Shown here piece by piece: positions 62,211 through 64,000 of a stretch of 64,000 nt of DNA. This DNA comes from an uncultured Clostridia bacterium. GTDB lineage: Bacteria > Bacillota > Clostridia > Oscillospirales > CAG-272. Both the position numbers and the translations under genes were made by a program. The notes under the pieces were generated by a model. That model was given only the letters and a program-made list of their open reading frames with translations, did not search any database and was not told where the DNA came from. The stretch is taken from the NCBI GenBank assembly GCA_947627815.1, contig CANQXN010000001.1, positions 8,857-72,856 of the forward strand, written 5' to 3'. Numbering within the stretch: position 1 is the first letter of the stretch; every line of letters starts with the position of its first letter.

Positions 62211-63257
62211 TTGGATACCGCTGTTCTTATCCCCGCCTACCACCCCGATGAAAACCTATTGAAGATGCTGGAATCGCTAAAGCAAAGCGGCCGGGATTTT
62301 TTGCCGGTCATCATCGACGACGGCTCCGGCGAGTCGTTCGATCCCATCTTTCGAAAAGCCGAAGCATTCGGTCCGATTTTGCGGCATGAAAGCAATCAGG
62401 GCAAGGGTGCCGCGCTGAAAACCGGCATTGCTTTTGTCAAAGAGTCGATGCCGGATATTCGCTATATCATCACAGCCGATGCCGACGGACAGCACCTGAC
62501 CGCCGATATCTGCCGTTTGGCCGACGCTCTGCGGGAAAAGGACGGCTTTGTGATCGGCGCGCGCAAATTTGAAGGCAAAGTGCCGCTTCGCTCCCGCTTC
62601 GGAAACAGCGTTACCAAATTGGTTTTTCTTGTGGCCGCCGGCAAAAAATGCAGCGATACCCAAACCGGGTTGCGGGGCTTTTCGTCCGATCTTTTCGATT
62701 TTATGTTAAAGGTTCGGGGCAATCGATATGAATATGAGATGAATGTGCTGATGCAATGCGCGCAAGGCGGCGTTCCCATCCGCGAAATCCCGATCCGCAC
62801 CGTCTATGAAGGAGGCAAAAACCAAAGCTCGCATTTTCGCCCGATTAAGGATTCGTTCCGCATTTACAGAACGATTTTTGCGGCTTCCTCGCTGATCCGA
62901 TACGGACTTACCGCCGTTGCCTGCTTTCTTCTTGACCTTGGCGGCATTTTCTTCTTTTCGCGTTTTGTCACCGATAAAAAATGGCTCTATACCCTCTTGG
63001 CGCGCTGTGTCAGCTCTCCTGTGAACTATCTTTGCAACCGCCTTTTTGTGTTTCATTCCAACGCCGATAAGCTGAAATCACTCATCAGCTATTTTGCGTT
63101 GGCCGGCGCCGTCATTTTGGCGAAAATGGGGCTGATGGAACTCTTAGTGGATCCTCTCGGGAAATTCTGGGCGGATATTCTGATAGAAACCGTGCTCTTT
63201 ATTACCAATTTCATCATCCAGAAACTGTTTATTTTCCGCAAAAAGAAAAAAATGTGA
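62211..63257 (+). CDS. Bifunctional family-2 glycosyltransferase / GtrA-like membrane protein
   Basis: TTG start with AGAGGA RBS. AVLIPAYHPDE...VIIDDGSG...ADADGQH gives the GT2 core. The C-terminal four-helix GtrA-like block includes LIRYGLTAVACFLLDLG and NFIIQKLFIF. Confidence 0.8.
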   Translation: MDTAVLIPAYHPDENLLKMLESLKQSGRDFLPVIIDDGSGESFDPIFRKAEAFGPILRHESNQGKGAALKTGIAFVKESMPDIRYIITADADGQHLTADICRLADALREKDGFVIGARKFEGKVPLRSRFGNSVTKLVFLVAAGKKCSDTQTGLRGFSSDLFDFMLKVRGNRYEYEMNVLMQCAQGGVPIREIPIRTVYEGGKNQSSHFRPIKDSFRIYRTIFAASSLIRYGLTAVACFLLDLGGIFFFSRFVTDKKWLYTLLARCVSSPVNYLCNRLFVFHSNADKLKSLISYFALAGAVILAKMGLMELLVDPLGKFWADILIETVLFITNFIIQKLFIFRKKKKM

Positions 63258-63266
63258 TCGCCGGTT

Positions 63267-64000
63267 TCACGCTTTCTTTCCCGCCGTGCCGTCATAAGGG
63301 CTTCCGGTAAAGGCTTCAAAATGTTCGATAAACCAGGCTATCGTATCGTGCATGGTAGTTTCAATCGGCAGGGGCGAATAGCCGAAAGCCTCTTGCGCCG
63401 CGCGGGAAGAATAGTCATGAGGATCGGTGAGAGCTTTCAGGGTGATTTTGCTCAAGACTTTGACAAAAGGCGCGGCAAGCCTTGCCGCAAAACGCGGAAT
63501 CGTGAGAATCGCGCGCTTTTTTCCTATCTCTTTGTTGATAAAGCCATAGAGATCACGCACGCTGACAGAATGGCCGCTGAGAATGTAGCTTCCCTGTTCT
63601 TGCCTTTGGCAAAGCAGATAGATGGCGGCCGCGACATCCCTGACATCCACAAAATTATAGCCGCCGCGAATCGCCCATTCCGCGCCGCCCGCCAGCACTT
63701 TGAGAATCACCCGCCCCACCGCGGAGGGTTTGTAGTCGTTGATTCCGATCACGGCCGAAGGCATCGCCATCGCGCAAGGAAAATCGGGATGGCGGCGCAT
63801 ACAGTCGGCGACATAATTCATGGCCATGGCCTTGGTTTTGCCGTAAGGGTCTTCGATCGCTTCGGGATAAAATTCCTTCGGCTCTGCGATTTTCACCATG
63901 CCGGGGCGTTTGGCGATACCGTCTACGCTCCCCACATAAAGAAACCGTCTGACACCGACTGCCAAAGAGCAGTCGGTGATCTTTTTTGTCAGCCGGTAAT
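63267..64000 (-). CDS. NAD-dependent epimerase/dehydratase (extended SDR), partial; the 5' end lies beyond the window end
   Basis: The frame stays open to the window edge (..YRLTKKITDCSLAVGVRRFLYVGSVDG..). PYGKTKAMA is the YxxxK catalytic motif. The Rossmann N-terminus lies outside the window. Confidence 0.75.
   Translation of the reverse strand, partial: YRLTKKITDCSLAVGVRRFLYVGSVDGIAKRPGMVKIAEPKEFYPEAIEDPYGKTKAMAMNYVADCMRRHPDFPCAMAMPSAVIGINDYKPSAVGRVILKVLAGGAEWAIRGGYNFVDVRDVAAAIYLLCQRQEQGSYILSGHSVSVRDLYGFINKEIGKKRAILTIPRFAARLAAPFVKVLSKITLKALTDPHDYSSRAAQEAFGYSPLPIETTMHDTIAWFIEHFEAFTGSPYDGTAGKKA

Noticed and set aside
1-64000. Scanned for CRISPR arrays, IS/transposase or integrase genes, phage modules, tRNA/rRNA genes, toxin-antitoxin pairs and reverse transcriptases.
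   Set aside because: None recognised. Every intergenic gap over 100 nt is accounted for by promoters, terminators, the riboswitch or the SRP RNA.

Overview
This 64-kb window looks like chromosomal DNA from a spore-forming member of the Clostridia, possibly Oscillospiraceae/Ruminococcaceae-like. That placement is an inference from gene content and order; GC looks mid-50s % by eye and was not computed. Coding density is high and most genes are housekeeping. I saw no rRNA or tRNA genes, CRISPR array, transposase, integrase or phage module.

Main blocks, in order:
- 1-2.2 kb: a partial Wzz-type gene and enolase.
- 2.3-7.7 kb: a lysine-riboswitch-controlled dapA-dapB-dapF-dapL-lysA operon. dapB is frameshifted.
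- 7.9-11.2 kb: an SPFH protein, a 2-hydroxyacid dehydrogenase and an AAA_28-CYTH fusion.
- 11.2-16.3 kb: an accessory-looking patch with CotF, a repeat-domain lipoprotein, an 896-aa orphan protein and a Cys-rich micro-membrane protein.
- 16.4-37.8 kb: a long minus-strand housekeeping run. In coordinate order it holds an M18 aminopeptidase, SLT, coaE, tspO, a class A PBP, dnaE, whiA, rapZ, murB, tyrS, recN, argR, nadK, tlyA, ispA, xseB, xseA, a TsaD-like paralog and nusB.
- 38-41.4 kb: trmB, a coupled pair of unknown membrane proteins and a DUF378 protein.
- 41.4-45.9 kb: recR, ybaB, dnaX, vanY and a large SRP RNA.
- 46-49.8 kb: prfB, nif3, trmK, a DUF1858 protein and a HIT protein.
- 49.9-54.8 kb: two cyclophilins, a DUF4956-VTC pair, MscS and a degenerate M15-like lipoprotein.
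- 55-58.2 kb: a Crp/Fnr-coupled NitT/TauT-type ABC importer.
- 58.3-64 kb: a LysM-GH18 SleL/YaaH-like protein, metA-metY, a GT2-GtrA fusion and a partial SDR epimerase.

I found no clear-cut new defence or mobile system. The candidates most worth follow-up are:
- the 896-aa orphan protein at 13146-15836;
- the VTC/DUF4956/anchored-cyclophilin cluster;
- the AAA_28-CYTH gene with a terminator-like leader;
- the catalytically dead M15-like lipoprotein;
- the HAAS-like/DUF4097-like pair;
- the dapB frame break.

All family assignments come from reading motifs by eye. No database search was run.
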